64,000 nucleotides of DNA from a bacterium. GTDB lineage: Bacteria > UBA8248. Below are positions 1-17,714 of this stretch, piece after piece; position 1 is the stretch's first letter; each line of letters starts with the position of its first letter. Position numbers and translations under genes: made by a program. The notes below the pieces were generated by a model, which was not told the origin of the DNA, did no database searches, and saw only the letters and a program-made list of their open reading frames with translations. The stretch covers positions 736,001 to 800,000 of the forward strand of contig CBDBZY010000018.1 of assembly GCA_965213685.1 (NCBI GenBank), written 5' to 3'.

Positions 1-2605
1 TCTGTTCATTGAAAGTGAGATGGTTTGAATTGCACCAGGCACTAAGGGAGTCAATGTCTTCATGCAGGAATTTGTAATTGTTTCCAGAGGTGACTGGCCG
101 ATACAAAAGGATGCCATCAGCATAGAGAAGCAGTTTACTCTCATGTGAGAGATTGACAGAGTTAATGCCACTCATGAAAACGATAAACAGTAAAGGACCC
201 AAGACTGATCCTTGAGGAACTCCTGATGTAATGGGCAGACTACGTGAAATAGAGCCATTTAGAACAGTACGTTGTTTCCTGTCTGTAAGGTAGTCAGATA
301 TCTAGGCTATAAGAAATGGATCAAGGTTGATATCAACCAGTTTTTGTAAAAGACGTTAATGTGGTACTGAATCAAAGGCCTTTTTAATATCAAAAAAGAT
401 AGCAGTAACTTCATTTCCCTCTTCTAGTTGTATCAACCAGTCATCTGTAACTTTTATAAAGGCACTAGTAGTTGACCTTTGTGGCAGAAATCCCCATTGG
501 TTTGATGGAGGTGGGCAAAGAGACTCAAGATTTTTAGCAACTCTGTTATAAATAATTTTCTCCAACACTTTACTCACAACTGAGAGCAAAGATATGGGTC
601 TGTAGTTGGAGGGTGAAGTACTGTTGGACCCTTTGGGGATTGGCACTACATTTGAGATCTTCCAAACTGATGGGATTCTTTCATGCTTAATCATCTTGTT
701 AAAGAGTCCAGCAAGTATTGAGGAAATACTCCCAACTATGCCTTTCAGAATTCGAACAGAGATTTGGTCAGGATCTGAGGCTTTAGACACATCCAGTCTC
801 CAAATAATGTCCATGACTTCCTCTTCATTACACATGAGGTACTCAGGACAGGTGTTTGTGTCATGGTGGAATCATACAGGGTCAGAGCTAAGAGGAGGTA
901 ATGCTGAATTAAAGCAGCTACAGAAAAACTGGTTGAGAATTTTTGCCTTGTCTTCATTAGAGGTAATGCGCTGCCCATCGTCATATAATACTGGAATTGA
1001 TCAAGTAGTTTTGCCTCTCAATAGCTTTACAGTTATCCAAAAAGCCTTGGTGCTTGTAGGTCTAACATTTTGCACAAAACGTTTCTTGTTAAAATGCAGC
1101 ATACTTACAACTTAATTTCGCAGCTTTCTATACTTTGGAAGATATGAAGTGTTTGTCTTTGACTTCTTCCAGTAATAATTTCGGATTTTCATTTTCCGTC
1201 TTATTGATTTTGTGACCCATGGAAGGCTTCTGTTGTTTTGAATAGTGCTTTGAGGTATATATACGCATATACACTCTTCAAGAATGGACATGAACTTCTC
1301 ATACCAGAGATGCCATAGATCATCAATGTTACCAGATGAACATTGCAATAATATATCCCAGTTGACAGCATCAATGAGTTCACAGGCTCTATCAAAGTCT
1401 GCTTAAGAATAGTTCCAACATTTCCTAGGCAGAACTCTACTGGGAAAATTTTTTCTTCTGATAGTAAGACACAGTCCACTGTAGTCAGAGTTTGAAAGTG
1501 GTGGAATGACACAGCATGACTGCAGTAATCTTAGATTAGATAGAAGTGCCAGGTCAATCATACTTGCTTTTCCAGAAACACAACCCCGAGTGGGTTCCTG
1601 TACAACTTGAGTCAGATAATAACTGTTGAGTATAGTTTGCAAAGAGTGATACAAAGGAGAAGATGAGTCAAGATAATCTACATTAAAATCCCCTATCAAT
1701 ACAAAAATTTAATTTGAGAAATGAACTTGATGCAAAAATAAAGAAAGACTATGTAGATCTGTGTAAACAGAAACAGGAGGAACATACAGAACACACACAC
1801 ACCACAAGCTGTGAGTGACCATCAAACAATTTTACACCTAGCAGGTCCAGATTTTCAGGACCATTGTACACAATGCAGAAGGAGAGAGTATTCCTAATAT
1901 AAAGCATAACACCACCACCATGTCTGTTCCTATCCCACCTAACCAGATTATAGCCATTGATTCTGAGTTCTGAGTCAGATATATATAGAGTCATGTAACC
2001 ATGTTTCCACTATACAAACAATGTCAGGAGTTGTATCAGAACAAATGAGTTTTGGGATAATACTTCTAGCATTGTAGTACAAAGCACTGAGAGTCACAAG
2101 TTCTTTCAAGGAATTAGGAGCTACTTTAGCAGTGCTAGAAGCTACTACTGGTCTAAAAAGGACTGCAATTCACTGGAAGGCATGGAAGAGCCTTTGTCGG
2201 AAGCAACAGCTAATTCACCAGCAAGAACTGATGTTGAGGTTTCAGGAGCTGTAGTAAGAGCAATACTTGACACCTTATCACAAACAGGGTCAAGAATAGC
2301 AGTTATGTTGTCATTGTGCTGCATACTGATACATGTAAATGAGCCATTTGTGTCATCATTCTCCAAGACCACCACTGCAGGTGATAAAGTGCCATCCACC
2401 ACAGAGCTGTTGCTAGGGGGTGCACTGAAGTTGCAACTGCTGCATCTGATGGTCTTGTGCAGTGTTCAATGCACCAACCTGTTTGCAGGCTGACCTTCTC
2501 CCAATCCTTTTCCAGTGCAAGCAAGGTGTTTTCATCAGCACGCAGTATGAACCACCACTTAGGCTTTCCAGAAGAGGAAATTGCAAATTTTCTGTTTACT
2601 TTCAA
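1..2605 (-). mobile_element. Decayed CR1-group (L2/CR1/Crack-like) LINE: ORF1 C-terminus, APE endonuclease and RT
   Basis: Frameshifted ORFs: KPKWWFILRADE (ORF1-like, 2303-2605); DRNRHGGGVMLYI, GDFNVD, IDLALLS (APE); PIPKG..YRPISLLS..QWGF..FFDIKKAFDSVPH (RT). GVPQGSVLGPLLF near 190-225 and LYADG (YADD mutated) near 110-130. Confidence 0.92.
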
Positions 2606-2639
2606 AGGGGTACATATTTAAAAGAAATTAAAACAAAAG

Positions 2640-4040
<1,401 letters not shown>

Positions 4041-4549
4041 TGACAATGTGTATAGTGGGAGAGAATAGCTCTCTGTTCTCTCAGCGAGTTGGCATAGCTA
4101 CGTACGTTATCTGTGAAGACATGGGGTGTGCTTGTGTGTGTGTAACTTTATACTGGACATGGTTTTATGGAGGAGTTGAGTGGGGAGGAACTACATACGT
4201 ATACCTACTGATTAGGCGTTTCCATGCTGAAATGTATTTGAACAGAAGGACCTAATTTTAAGATCACCTAAAATAGAAATACCACATTAACCTATGAGCA
4301 TAGCCGGTATTGGAAATGCAACGGTCTTTGAATTTTTCATCACTGTCTGTTGTAGTTTGCACATACACTTATGTAATAAGTAAACATAGTTCAATCTTAT
4401 TATGCTTTCATTCATTTATCTGGGCTGTGGCTCGGCTAGCAAATACTAAAAGGGGGGGATCCCAAGCCCCGAGTGTCTCCATCCCACCCGATAAGAACCC
4501 AGTCATATAGTCATTATTGTCACGAGAGTCAAACTGCAGATTGTTTGAG

Positions 4550-5345
<796 letters not shown>

Positions 5346-6140
5346 AGGTGTAGTCTTATGGTTTCATGAACAGAACACATGATACCTAGTACCCCTACAT
5401 GTACAGTACATGTAGTTATCCCTTTCGCTCTCAAAAGTGCGCATTTTTGCGCACTTTCTAAAATAGCGTAAAACCGGAGAAATATGAAATATTTGATGAT
5501 GTAATGTCGGCATGCAGGCAATTTACTGATAAAGAACTCCCATGCACTCCTTGAAGTGGCCTCTCGGCGCTTGGATGTGGTGGTCGGAGCTTTGATGTAG
5601 CTGTCATCTCTGCTATTGTATACTTAAGAAAAAATAAATAAAAGCAGGAAGCCTAGTAGGCAGTGTGAGGAAGTGTCAGGAAGAGCTAGAGGTGGCTGGA
5701 GTGAAGTTTGGGCTCTGCACATAGCCATAAATGGGCCGCGCGGCTTCGATCTGTAGGAATGCGGAGATTTGAATTGGTTGCCAGGAGACTTGCGGGCTAT
5801 GCCATTGCCATAGAGGTAGCCAGGTGACCGGAAGAGCCGGAAGTAAACGGAGATCTAAGAAAGACCGTGTCACGTCGTTCGCTCGTTCCATTGCGGGAGC
5901 GCAAGTGAAAGGGTTATTACAACATCTGGCCTGTCCCTATGAGCCTAAGACCCACCCTCTGGACTGCATGGCAGGACCAACCGGTCCTGTTGGTACATGG
6001 TCCAGTTTGGCTGGACCATACGTTTGGGAGAGAATAGGCATTTCCATGCATTGCTAAGTGTTAGGACATGATTGGCTGCTGGCAGGCATGCTTATGAGCA
6101 GACATCAACACCACCGTCCCAGTTGTGCTATGGTAGCACC

Positions 6141-6196
6141 TAGCCTCGTACCCAGGCCACGTGCCTTCCACGCAGCACGGCATGAATATGAAGCTA
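6141..6196. mobile_element. 56-bp AcademH-type miniature element
   Basis: TAGCCTCGTACCCAGGC start, ..AAGCTA end, flanked by 9-bp near-TSD ggtagcacc/ggtaacacc. Confidence 0.55.
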
Positions 6197-6621
6197 GGTA
6201 ACACCACATGGCCAGTGCGTTCTTTATAGTCCCTCGGGCCCTTAGTAGCTGTGCTCGGACACTGCAGCCCAGGGCCCTCTAGATCATGGCATAAATCATG
6301 TAGAATCCATGGACTGGTGATGTACAGTGTATGTAGGTCAGTCAGCAGGACTTATGCACATGTATACATGTATGTACGTAGTGCTTGTTGTACGAGTAGT
6401 TAGCACTGGAAGGTGCTTATAATATGTACATGTACATGTAAGTAACCATGGATCCATTAGTATAGATTTCATACTTTATACATTATTATAAATTTCATAC
6501 TTTTTAAACAGATTTTGTACTTTGCACTCCACTATCATCACTGCACATGTATGTACATGTACATGAGTCCCCACTCCTGAATGGCTGGATCAAATTTAGA
6601 ATGCTGCGACCTGCAATCCTA

Positions 6622-6764
<143 letters not shown>

Positions 6765-7127
6765 GGGGGGCTTAGTAGAAGAGAGAGAGGGGGGGGCGGA
6801 TGCTTAGTAGAGGCTACAGTACATACTATACATGTACAAAGTATACAGAGCTTATTTTACATGTACATGTACATGTGCTTGATGCATACTACATCTTTTA
6901 GTAGGAGATGCCCACACTGGTAACTGGCTGGATGTCATAAATAGCACTTAGGATGTATCGTAGTACAAGTAAGCCATACCATGGGCTTCGGTGTATGGAT
7001 TGTCTCCTTCATGCAGTTACACTGTATGTACATGTATTCTCTTGGCCTGTGCCCTCGGGAATACTGCCCTCGGGTTGCAAACCCCATACACCCTAGAAGC
7101 CTGTGGTACAACTATTACATGTACAGT

Positions 7128-7163
7128 CAGGAGCTTATGAGCGGCGCCGCTCATAAGCTCCTG
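7128..7163. mobile_element. 36-bp perfect palindrome: collapsed TIR pair of the CAGGAGCTTATGAG family
   Basis: caggagcttatgagcggcgccgctcataagctcctg, flanked by 7-bp direct repeat gtacagt (7121-7127, 7164-7170). Confidence 0.9.
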
Positions 7164-7173
7164 GTACAGTACA

Positions 7174-7262
7174 TGGCTGGCTGTCACCCGGTCAGGTGGT
7201 AGAGCACTGACAGCTAAAGTCAGAGGCCCCGGTTCAATCCTGGGTGGCTGCCGGTTTTTCTC
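7174..7262 (+). mobile_element. tRNA-derived SINE head
   Basis: A-box-like caggtggtagagc, B-box ggttcaatcc, T-run; imperfect cloverleaf. Confidence 0.6.
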
Positions 7263-7363
7263 AGTTCTCTAAAAATATTCCCAAGCCTTTCCTCATGTAC
7301 AACACACACACACACACACACGCACATGTATGCACATGTGCACGCACGTATGTACACACGCAT

Positions 7364-7424
<61 letters not shown>

Positions 7425-7789
7425 TACATGAGTACACATACACATACATACAATATGTTGCCGTGTGTGTTATACTTTTATTTGTTTATTTCTTTCTCTT
7501 CCTTCCTTTCCTCTTCTTTGTAGTGCTTATATACAAGTAAGTGATTTTTCATGCACATGTACAGTGCACACACTCTCGCTGGAGGTTACTATGGAATGGC
7601 ATGTACATGTACAAGAAGACTTACGTACATGTACATGTACTATACTGTAGCTATATCACTCACTCACTCACCCAATATGCTAGCATACACATGTACTACT
7701 ACACTTTTTATGTACATGCATGCTGGACAGTACAATGTGTTGTGACCATTTTTGCCTACTCATCTCGTGTTGGTGGGTGCATTTGGTAG

Positions 7790-8020
7790 CAGGATACATG
7801 CTCCTTGCAATAGGGCATACACTTGGTACATGTACATACATGTACATGTACGATGGGGGTGGTACTTTGTTATAGGTGGTACACTTTGTAGTAGGGAGCA
7901 TGCTTTGTAATTGGGGATACGCATGTACATACTTTGCAATAGGGGGTACACTTTGTAGTAGGGAGTATGCTTTGTAATTGGGGATATGCATGTATATACT
8001 TTGTAATAGGGGGTATACAT
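7790..8020. repeat. Diverged ~20-22 bp tandem repeat (gggagtacactttgtagtag-like)
   Basis: Recurring ctttgta[ag]tagg units. Confidence 0.6.
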
Positions 8021-8299
8021 GATGCTATAGATAGTAATGACGTACTCTAGTGCTAAGAATAACACCTCCAGCTGCTATACATAGTGTGCATGCATTTTTG
8101 AATCACCAGTTACTTCATGGTCAGTAGGAGAAGGTCAGGGTGTTTGCTGTGTGTCTTTGTCCTGTTTGTCTTGTGTGGTTGATAGATGATCCACATGAGT
8201 GGTGAGAGTTGGTGCACTGTAAAAGATCTTTAACCAGCTCTCAAGGTTGGGCATGTGGACCATCTGTTAAGCTAATTTGTTGTAGTTAGTGTGTGTGTA

Positions 8300-8510
8300 T
8301 CTTTCTAAGTTTCATGAACTAATTTTCTAAGCTGGATATGGAACAGATTATATTTTTCTAAGCCATAGAGGCTGCCAGATTCTATTTTTATAAGCCATAA
8401 AGGATGTGCAGATTCTAATTTTCTGAGCCATAGAGGGTGTACAGATTCTATTTTCCTAAGCCGTAGAGGCTGTACAGGTTATATTTTTCAAAACCATTGA
8501 GGTTGTTGTA
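8300..8510 (+). repeat. ~37-bp minisatellite (ttttctaagccatagagg..cagatt), paralog at 42230-42450
   Basis: 5-6 units at each locus with similar downstream flanks. Confidence 0.7.
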
Positions 8511-9366
8511 ATTTTCTTTCCTTCTCTTTCTTTCCCTTCTCCTTCCTTTCCAAATAGTGCTATGTACTTGATTGTTCATGTACATGTACTTCTTGATAGG
8601 GAGTACACTTTGTAGCCTGTCCTTTCAGCTGTGTAGGGCCTGTAGCCTGTCCTTTCTGTTACATTAGCCTCATTATTGCTGGTTCTGATGTTGTGTTAGT
8701 TGGCAGAGTACAGGAGATTGGAAGTGTGTGTAATGTGGTGGAGATTGTTTAGCATTCACAGTGGTGCTGAATCTGCTGAAAGGGATACAGTATGTGATGA
8801 TGTGTATATGTACATGAACATGCCACACAGTGTGCTGTGCTCCACTACTGCTCTTGTCCATAAGACTTGCCATATGACATGTCCCACAAAATATTATACA
8901 GTATTGCATAACACTTCCTGCGGTCCCCCCCTTGCCCTCACTTCCTCCTCTTGTGTCCCTACTCTCCTTCTCTCCCACATCCTGCACCTCATCCCACTCT
9001 CCCTCCTCTCCCGTCTCTCCCTCTTCCACCTTTCTCCTCACCCCTCCCTCCCCCTCCTCCCACAGGGTGGTGGTGGGCAGGCCATGGGGGAGAGGGAGCA
9101 CATGATGAACGAGACACCATCAATGTCAGTGGAAGATGTTCTGGCAAATGTGGAGCGACGTTGTCCACTAATTCCAGCATCATTTGCTCTGCTAACGGGA
9201 ATAGATCAGGTACACGTAACACCAACTCCATGTACATGTACATGTACATGGAGTTAGAGTTACTAAGTTAGAGTTAGCCTGTTCATCAGGCTGGATGTAC
9301 ATTGTATATGCTTGCCTTGCCTTACCTTGCCTATACTACCGTAGATTTGAACCCGGCCGACTGGGC

Positions 9367-9460
9367 TGCGTCGGTAGCTCAGTTGGCAGAGCACTGGACT
9401 AGCAACCCAGTGGTCACGGGTTCGAATCTCGTACGAGGCAGCTCAGTGTTTTTTTTCACT
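9367..9460 (+). mobile_element. tRNA-derived SINE head
   Basis: gtagctcagttggcagagc (A box), ggttcgaatc (B box), then gcagctcagtgtttttttt; acceptor stem imperfect. Confidence 0.7.
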
Positions 9461-9890
9461 GTCTGCCTTCGGACTTTGCCTTACTTCCCTTGTTTAATAT
9501 GCATGTACATGTACGAGATTGATCATGTACAGGGAGAATATGTAATGTACACTGTTGACATAACATGTACATGTACATGTCAGGTACTGAGTACACATGT
9601 ACATGTAGTTCATGTTGTGCCTTCCTCTCTTCCCTGCCCTTATGCTGCTCCTCCTCCTCCCTGTGTCTCCCTCCCTCTCTCCCTTCCCACCTCCCTCCCA
9701 TCCTCCCCTCTCTCCTCTCCCTCCTCCATCCATCTCTCCCTCCCTCTCCCCCTCCTCCTTGGCCAGGTGAAGCTGCAGTTTGGCCACCAGCCACAGCTCT
9801 ACAATGACTTCCTCCACATAATGAAATCACAGAGGTACTCATACTGTACTTGTGTTTCTCGTACTTGTGTTTCTAAGATATGCAGCATGC

Positions 9891-10365
<475 letters not shown>

Positions 10366-10619
10366 AAGAGATATATTCATGTGCAGCTACATGTACACTT
10401 GTACATACATTCACTTCCTCACTGTATTTCCCCTCTCCCTCCCCCCCTCCCTCTCTCCCTTTCTCCCTCCCTCCATAATTTACACACCAGACATCATCAG
10501 CAGGGTGTCCAGCATATCTGAAGGCATCTCCCTCCCTCCCCATCCCTCTTGCAGTGGAGTGTCTACTGCTGAGCTGCAATCTTCTGCAAGGCTCGTTCGT
10601 GCTGAGCAGCCCCACTGAT

Positions 10620-11218
10620 GCTGATCTCGTTGTGATGTACCTCAGTGCTAGGCCCAGGGGGCTCCCTCACCCACTCCCCTCACCTCACCACTGGCCCTCT
10701 CCCTCCTCACCCTCTCCGGCCCCCAGGAACATGTTGAAGCCAACGATGAGGTCAGGGGAGAGGGATAAGGTACATGTGCTGTGTATGGAGATTCACGCAT
10801 TCGCAAAGTTTTGGTTGGCAGGCATGTGCATGATATGGTGTGCTTAAATTATGATTTCTCATGTACACAATGTACATGTACATGTACATATCTTGTACTT
10901 AGTGAGACCTGGATGGGATGATCTCGTTGCAGTTCACCTCAGTCCTAAGCCCAGGGGCAGGGGGGCAGGAACATGTTGAAGCCAACGATGCGGTCAGGGG
11001 AGAGGGAGAAGGTACATCTACATGTACTGTGTACATGTCAATGGATGCATGTATGCACTAAGTGTTGGTTGGCACTTGGCAGGCGTGTTATGGTGTCCTC
11101 AATATATGATTTCTCCTGTACACGCAATGTACATGTGCATGTACAGTGTGCATACAACTGTTACTGTACTTGTACATGTACATGTACATGTGCTTGTACT
11201 TAGTGAGACCTGGATGGG
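10620..11218 (+). repeat. Tandem duplication, ~300-bp unit
   Basis: caggaacatgttgaagccaacgatg..ggtcaggggagaggga..ttgtacttagtgagacctggatggg occurs twice. Confidence 0.8.
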
Positions 11219-11246
11219 CTGATTGCTAAACTGTTGTATATATCAG

Positions 11247-11846
11247 CAGGAGCTTATGAGCGGCGAAGCCACGAAGGAGCGTGTAACTCCGGTTCCATCC
11301 AAATCCTGATTAGTTACGTAGTTCCGTTTTAGTGACGTACATTACGCGTCGTGCGGTTTGTTACTTTGCGTGCGGTCAGTGCAGCAGCACAAGAAAAGGA
11401 TGGCAGCACTCCACCATCGTCCAAGAAGAGGCTGGAAGTGAGCCTCCGACGAAGAAGCGGCGCTTACGGAAGAAGGAAATGGTGGAGCTCCGTCGGTGTT
11501 TGTTGTCGATCGAGCCTCCGCGTTCTAAAAGAAGGCGCCCCGGAGCGGTTAGGTGTCCCAGCGTCGTCAAATCTACCCCGCTTTTGCGGCAAACTGCTAG
11601 CGTTGTCACACGCTTAGCTATTTAGGTTAAGCGCCGCGCCGCTCTGTAGCCTCTGAGTGAGTGAAAAATTTTCTCAGATCGCTATCACGGAATGCGTAGG
11701 TGGCATGGTGCGTCACTCTGACGCTTGATTGAACGAGTGGTTTCCATATTTGGAAGTTAGCTGGCTAATGATTTGGATTTGGATGGCACCCAGGTGTAGG
11801 CGGTAGTTACACGCTCCTTCGCGGCTTCGCCGCTCATAAGCTCCTG
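11247..11846. mobile_element. 600-bp MITE with ~42-bp TIR caggagcttatgagcggcgaagcc(a/g)cgaaggagcgtgtaact and 7-bp TSD
   Basis: TIRs with one mismatch; TSD atatcag at 11240-11246 and 11847-11853. Confidence 0.93.
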
Positions 11847-12899
11847 ATATCAGCCAACCTTATGCAGCTCAGTGGTTGTGGGTCGAATTAGGCAATACAA
11901 AGTATCTCTATACCACCTGATAAACAGTACATACGTGCCATGTGTGCTCCTGCACAGGCCATCGTGCAGTGTGTTTACATGCACATTGTAGGTGTACAGG
12001 TGCTTCATGTGTGTGTGTACATGTACAGTGTGTGTATATGGTGCATGTTTATGTGTGTGTGGTGGGAAGGGGTTGAGTGCACATTCCAAGCCTCACGTAG
12101 CCTGGCAACAGGTGTACCTGTGCATGTGTATATGGTAGAGGTCTACAGAAGTAACTCCATCTTGTTCCAGGTTTACCTCTTTTTCCCTCTCCCTCCCTTT
12201 CTTCCTCCCTCCCTCCCACAGTCTACAGTGAGGTGTGCGCTACATAACATGATTATCATACCTACATGTACTTGTATGCAAGTGTGTACAGCAAAAGTCA
12301 TTATATACATAGCTCTCCTGTTGTTATGATTCCTCTTCCTCTTCTCCCTCCCTGCCTCCTTTCTTCCCTCTCACTTAGACTGCAGTGAGGCTAATGCCAG
12401 ATGAAGTCGTACTGTTGAGCAAGGCTCTGATTCCAGTGGCACAGTAAGACATAAGATGTAGAGATACGTATTAGCCTGGCAGCAGATGTACCTGTAAATG
12501 TGTGTATGGCAGAGGTGTACAGAAGTAACCCCCTCCTGTTTCCCGATTACCTCGTTTTCCTCCCTCCCTTTCTTCGTTCTTCCTCCTTTCCCACAGTGAG
12601 GTTAGTGCTGGATGAATTCATATTGTGGAGCAGAGCAGTGTTCCACTGGCATAGTAAGACCACCCCCCCCCCCCCCACCGCATACACACACACACACAGG
12701 GGAGAAGGCCGTCAATGAATGTACATGTTCCGTGTGTACATTTTATGTACATCAATTAATGTACATGTACAATTATGTATGTCAAGAGAAGGCCACAACT
12801 AGGCAGGTCAGTACACACACACAACATGTACATGTACAATGTGCATATGCATTGCTTTTATCCGTATGTGTGTGTATACATGCAAGTGACAAACAAAAA

Positions 12900-13583
<684 letters not shown>

Positions 13584-13859
13584 AATTGCATGTTGAGTCA
13601 CGCACACAACTGGAAGCCATTTACTGCAAACAGATTGTAGCTCTTAGTTGGATATGTACTTATCACAATGGTGCATCGAGTTTGAGTTTGTGGTGTGAGC
13701 AAAACGGACACTCTGAGAAGCAGACAACCTCTGTAGAATGGACAAACTGCCAGTATACTGTCACTACACTTCTACCTCTGAGACACTGACAACTTCTAAT
13801 CTCTGACAACAGACTAATTTCACGCCACATGCACACAAATAAATACATTTTCCAAATAT

Positions 13860-14180
13860 TTAGAGGGATGTTTGGATGGGAGTGCCAAAAACCACACAAA
13901 CTAGATTCTATGGATGGCAGTGTGCAGGCAACACAGGGCATAGGAGGACCACACAAGTACCCACCCTATGTCTTCTTTTTCATTTTCCTGACTGACACAA
14001 AGCTGTTTCCAGCAATCTCACAGCAAAGCTTAAAGATAAACGTTGCATTCAAAAGAAACAAAAAAGGTGTAGGGATGGGGTTACTTGAGTATATACTCCT
14101 ATGCCCTGTGGTCCCTGCACACTGCCATCTACGTGTCTAGTTTATGTGGTGTTTGGCACTGCCATCCATACATCCCTCTA
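13860..14180. repeat. ~90-110 bp inverted-repeat pair inside an unclassified repeat (related copy 21000-21297)
   Basis: gagggatg..ggatggcagtgtgcagg..cataggagg vs ctcctatgccc..cactgccatccatacatccctcta; same motif architecture at 21.0-21.3 kb. Confidence 0.7.
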
Positions 14181-14859
14181 CATGTTTGCAAAATGTGTTT
14201 CATAGTCGTTTGTGTGCTTCAAATCTCTTAAAAATGAATCTAATAGAAAAAATAGAGCAATTTGGCGGTTTAGTCATTTTCTGGCAATAATACTCTTTAG
14301 CTACTTGGGAGGTGTTTTTGGGTAGAGAAATGCCTGAATGAGGTTGCTAAGCACCTAAACGTTCTTAGAATGCTAGCATGAGTGAGTTTAGGAGGCTTTT
14401 GTGTGTACACACATACTATGGGTGTGTGGCCACACACAGAGAGTCTACAAAATTAATAACTAGCAGAAGAGGGAATGCAACACAATTTTAATAGGATGAA
14501 GAGTAATTTGCTTTCATGTACATGTGTTTAGATGCAATGAACAACACTGTTCACAGTGGAAAAAATACTTAATAATTGTTTATGGAATAATTATCATGCC
14601 ATAAGCATTGCACAATTTTGGGGGATTACTTTTGTATATCCTCCTATGTATATCCTCCTGGGTTTACTTGTATATCTTCTTATGCCCTGTGTTTCCTGCA
14701 CACTGCCATCCATGTGTCTAGTTTGTGTTGTTGTGGCCTGCCATAATTATTATGGCAGGTCACAATGAATGAAAATATACACATGCAAAGAATAGCAAAT
14801 CTCCTGTGCTTAGCTCAACAGATCTTGTCCATCTACCAAGACAGGAGAAAAATCTTCAG

Positions 14860-15101
14860 TAACTTAAGGTGACTATTATTTACAGGTACATTATTTGGCG
14901 ATTTTGGGATTATTATCATTTTGCAGGTACTAAATTTTGCTATTTTCACTTGTGAGTGAGATGACCAATCTTTCAAATGTAATGTTGAGAAGACTACAAG
15001 CTAGTAAAACTTTTGTTTGCGTGTACAAAATTTTGCATTTTTGTGCCAATCCGCAAAAGTTTCAAACATTCGTACCTGCAAAAAATAGTCACCTTAAGGT
15101 A
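14860..15101. mobile_element. ~240-bp MITE (Tc1/mariner-like)
   Basis: TIR cttaaggtgactatt.ttt.caggtac / gtacctgcaaaaaatagtcaccttaagg, TA-like flanks. Confidence 0.65.
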
Positions 15102-15907
15102 TATTTGAAGTGTCTAATTCTATTGTGATTGCATAGCACAAGATTTCCAATGACAATATTATGCTGCCAATGTATTGCAAAATTCAGTCACAATATTATT
15201 ACATTGCTTAAACTTTCAATTTCAAAAACTATAAGTCATGATGAGCTGTAGCTCTAATACACAATTATTCTAATAGATACATGGATAACAATCACCAAAT
15301 AAGTATGAAAACATCTGTCTCTATATACAGAAGCAATGAAGTCGGAGCAAAGTGCAGGAAATTATCCCTTTCACCTCATTAGGATGAGAGAAAAATGCTT
15401 GGAATTTGAAATAGGAAGCAGAGAGAAGTAATTGGTTGTCAGGTTGGGGTTGCCTACCTCAGTCCCTTTGAGCATATGAGAACTTGGCTCGCTGAGATAT
15501 TAGAATTTTTTTCTACTCCCCTTTTCAGCTTATTTCATTTCTTCTTCTCCTATGAGCCTCTTGCTATGTTGCATAATATGTATCTTAATCATGTGGCAGT
15601 CCAAGGTTCTATAGTCTCCACGCATGCAGCGATGGACATAAACCTTGTAGAAGAAATGTATTGATTAAAAATATCTTGAGAGAATTGTAAGACCATTAAC
15701 CACTACAGGATATAGGCCATACTAGTAATTGTGATTTCCATTAGCAAATACTGGTACTTACGTTTTACAGACATCTGAATGCAATGTAATGCTACACAAT
15801 ACTAATGCGTGCACATACCAGGGAAGCAACATTGTCCTTATGTAGCAGAAGGTCCTGTCTTTTGATCCAGACTGGGAGATGAAGCACTGCTCACAAATAC
15901 AAACATA

Positions 15908-16315
<408 letters not shown>

Positions 16316-17178
16316 GATGAGATGAGTTCACTCTTCCAAGGGGTGTATACTTGCATCGAAATAGTATTATGCCTCATGATAACATTGTGTAGCACTCTTA
16401 TGAGAATGGCCACATCATCAGGAAGTGTAAATTTCAATCATGACAAATTCAGAATGCAGTTCAACATGGAACGTATGAAACATTATATCCAATGAAGATA
16501 ATATGGCTATATTGTCTGTGCCCATAATCAGTTCAGCTTGAAAGTTGTTTATTTGTTAACATTTTCAACTTCACAAGTAGTCATGTGAAAATAATTGTTA
16601 TGAACATATTATTTCTTGTGCAGCTACACCACAGAAAGAGCATTATATGCATTTCGTCACTGTAGTTTTAATATCACTGATAGTTGGGGTGTTCATGGCT
16701 CTGGCCAGCATACTGCTAGAGCCATTGCATGCAGGGATCATTAACTGTGCTTCTATAGTTCTAGGGTGTGGTGTACCACTTAGTGACCATTTTGTTGTGG
16801 CAGAGTAGCCACAAAGTTGTTCAGGAATTATGGAATCACTATTGATTGCTTGTGCGGAATAGAGATGCTTATAGATGCCAGGAACGCATAATGACGTAAG
16901 AAGCGGGAAAGAGGAGGAGCATGCAACGACCACGCAAAAGATTAAATTCTGATAACGTTCTCACGGTAGTCCCGTTACTATTTTTATCGATGCTATTTTT
17001 ATCGCGTAGATGCCAAGCATCTGAGGTCGAGGTCATTGTCGAGAAAGTTTTCAGATGTCTACTCCAGTGAAGGCATCTACGCGAAGGCAGGCAGTGAAGA
17101 CAAGAGGAACGTTTTTCCCGGCGGCCGAGGCAACGACGCCTCGGAGGTCTCCTCGTTTAGCCGCTAGGCGGCTACATC

Positions 17179-17714
17179 GGATCAAGTGTAGTTGACGGAC
17201 CAAGCGCGTAATCAATTCTGCAATAGGTTTTAGCTGTTCCCTAGCCTGTACCTAGCCTACCCCTAGCCCCTGCCCCGTTACACGACTAACCATAGTCATA
17301 CTAGTCCCTAGCCTACCCCTAGCCCTTGCCTCGTCACACGACCGTAAGCCTTGAAGAATATTTGCCGAAGTGCTTACGCGCTTGGCCCGTCTACACTACA
17401 CTACTTGAGCCGTAGGCTAGGGACTAGTAGTGTTAGTCGTGTGACGGAGCAGGGGCTAGGGGTAGGCTAGGTACAGGCTAGGGAACAACTATTTGCGGAA
17501 ACGCCCCGTCACACGACCGTAAGCACTACTTTCAATGCTTGCTCTTTGCTTAGGGCCGTGCGACGGGCCAAGGCCGGGCTAGTGGCTAGGCTAGGGACTA
17601 TAGTTTGACCACGGTTAGTCGTGTGACGGGGCAGGGGCTAGGGGTAGGCTAGGGAACAGCTGAAACTTATTGCAGAATTGATTACGCGCTTGGTCCGTCA
17701 ACTACACTTGATCC
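17179..17714. mobile_element. 536-bp MITE with GGATC ends and 8-bp TSD, nested in the left foldback arm
   Basis: TIR ggatcaagtgtagttgacggaccaagcgcgtaatcaattctgcaata; TSD gctacatc (17171-17178, 17715-17722); empty site in the right arm (~19660). Confidence 0.93.

Noticed and set aside
9367-9445. Functional tRNA genes (also 7174 and 29485)
   Set aside because: A/B boxes are present but stems are mismatched and SINE-like tails follow; tRNAscan-SE would decide.
11332-11625. Basic NLS-like ORFs inside the MITE
   Set aside because: Short GC-rich frames open on both strands, with no recognisable domain.
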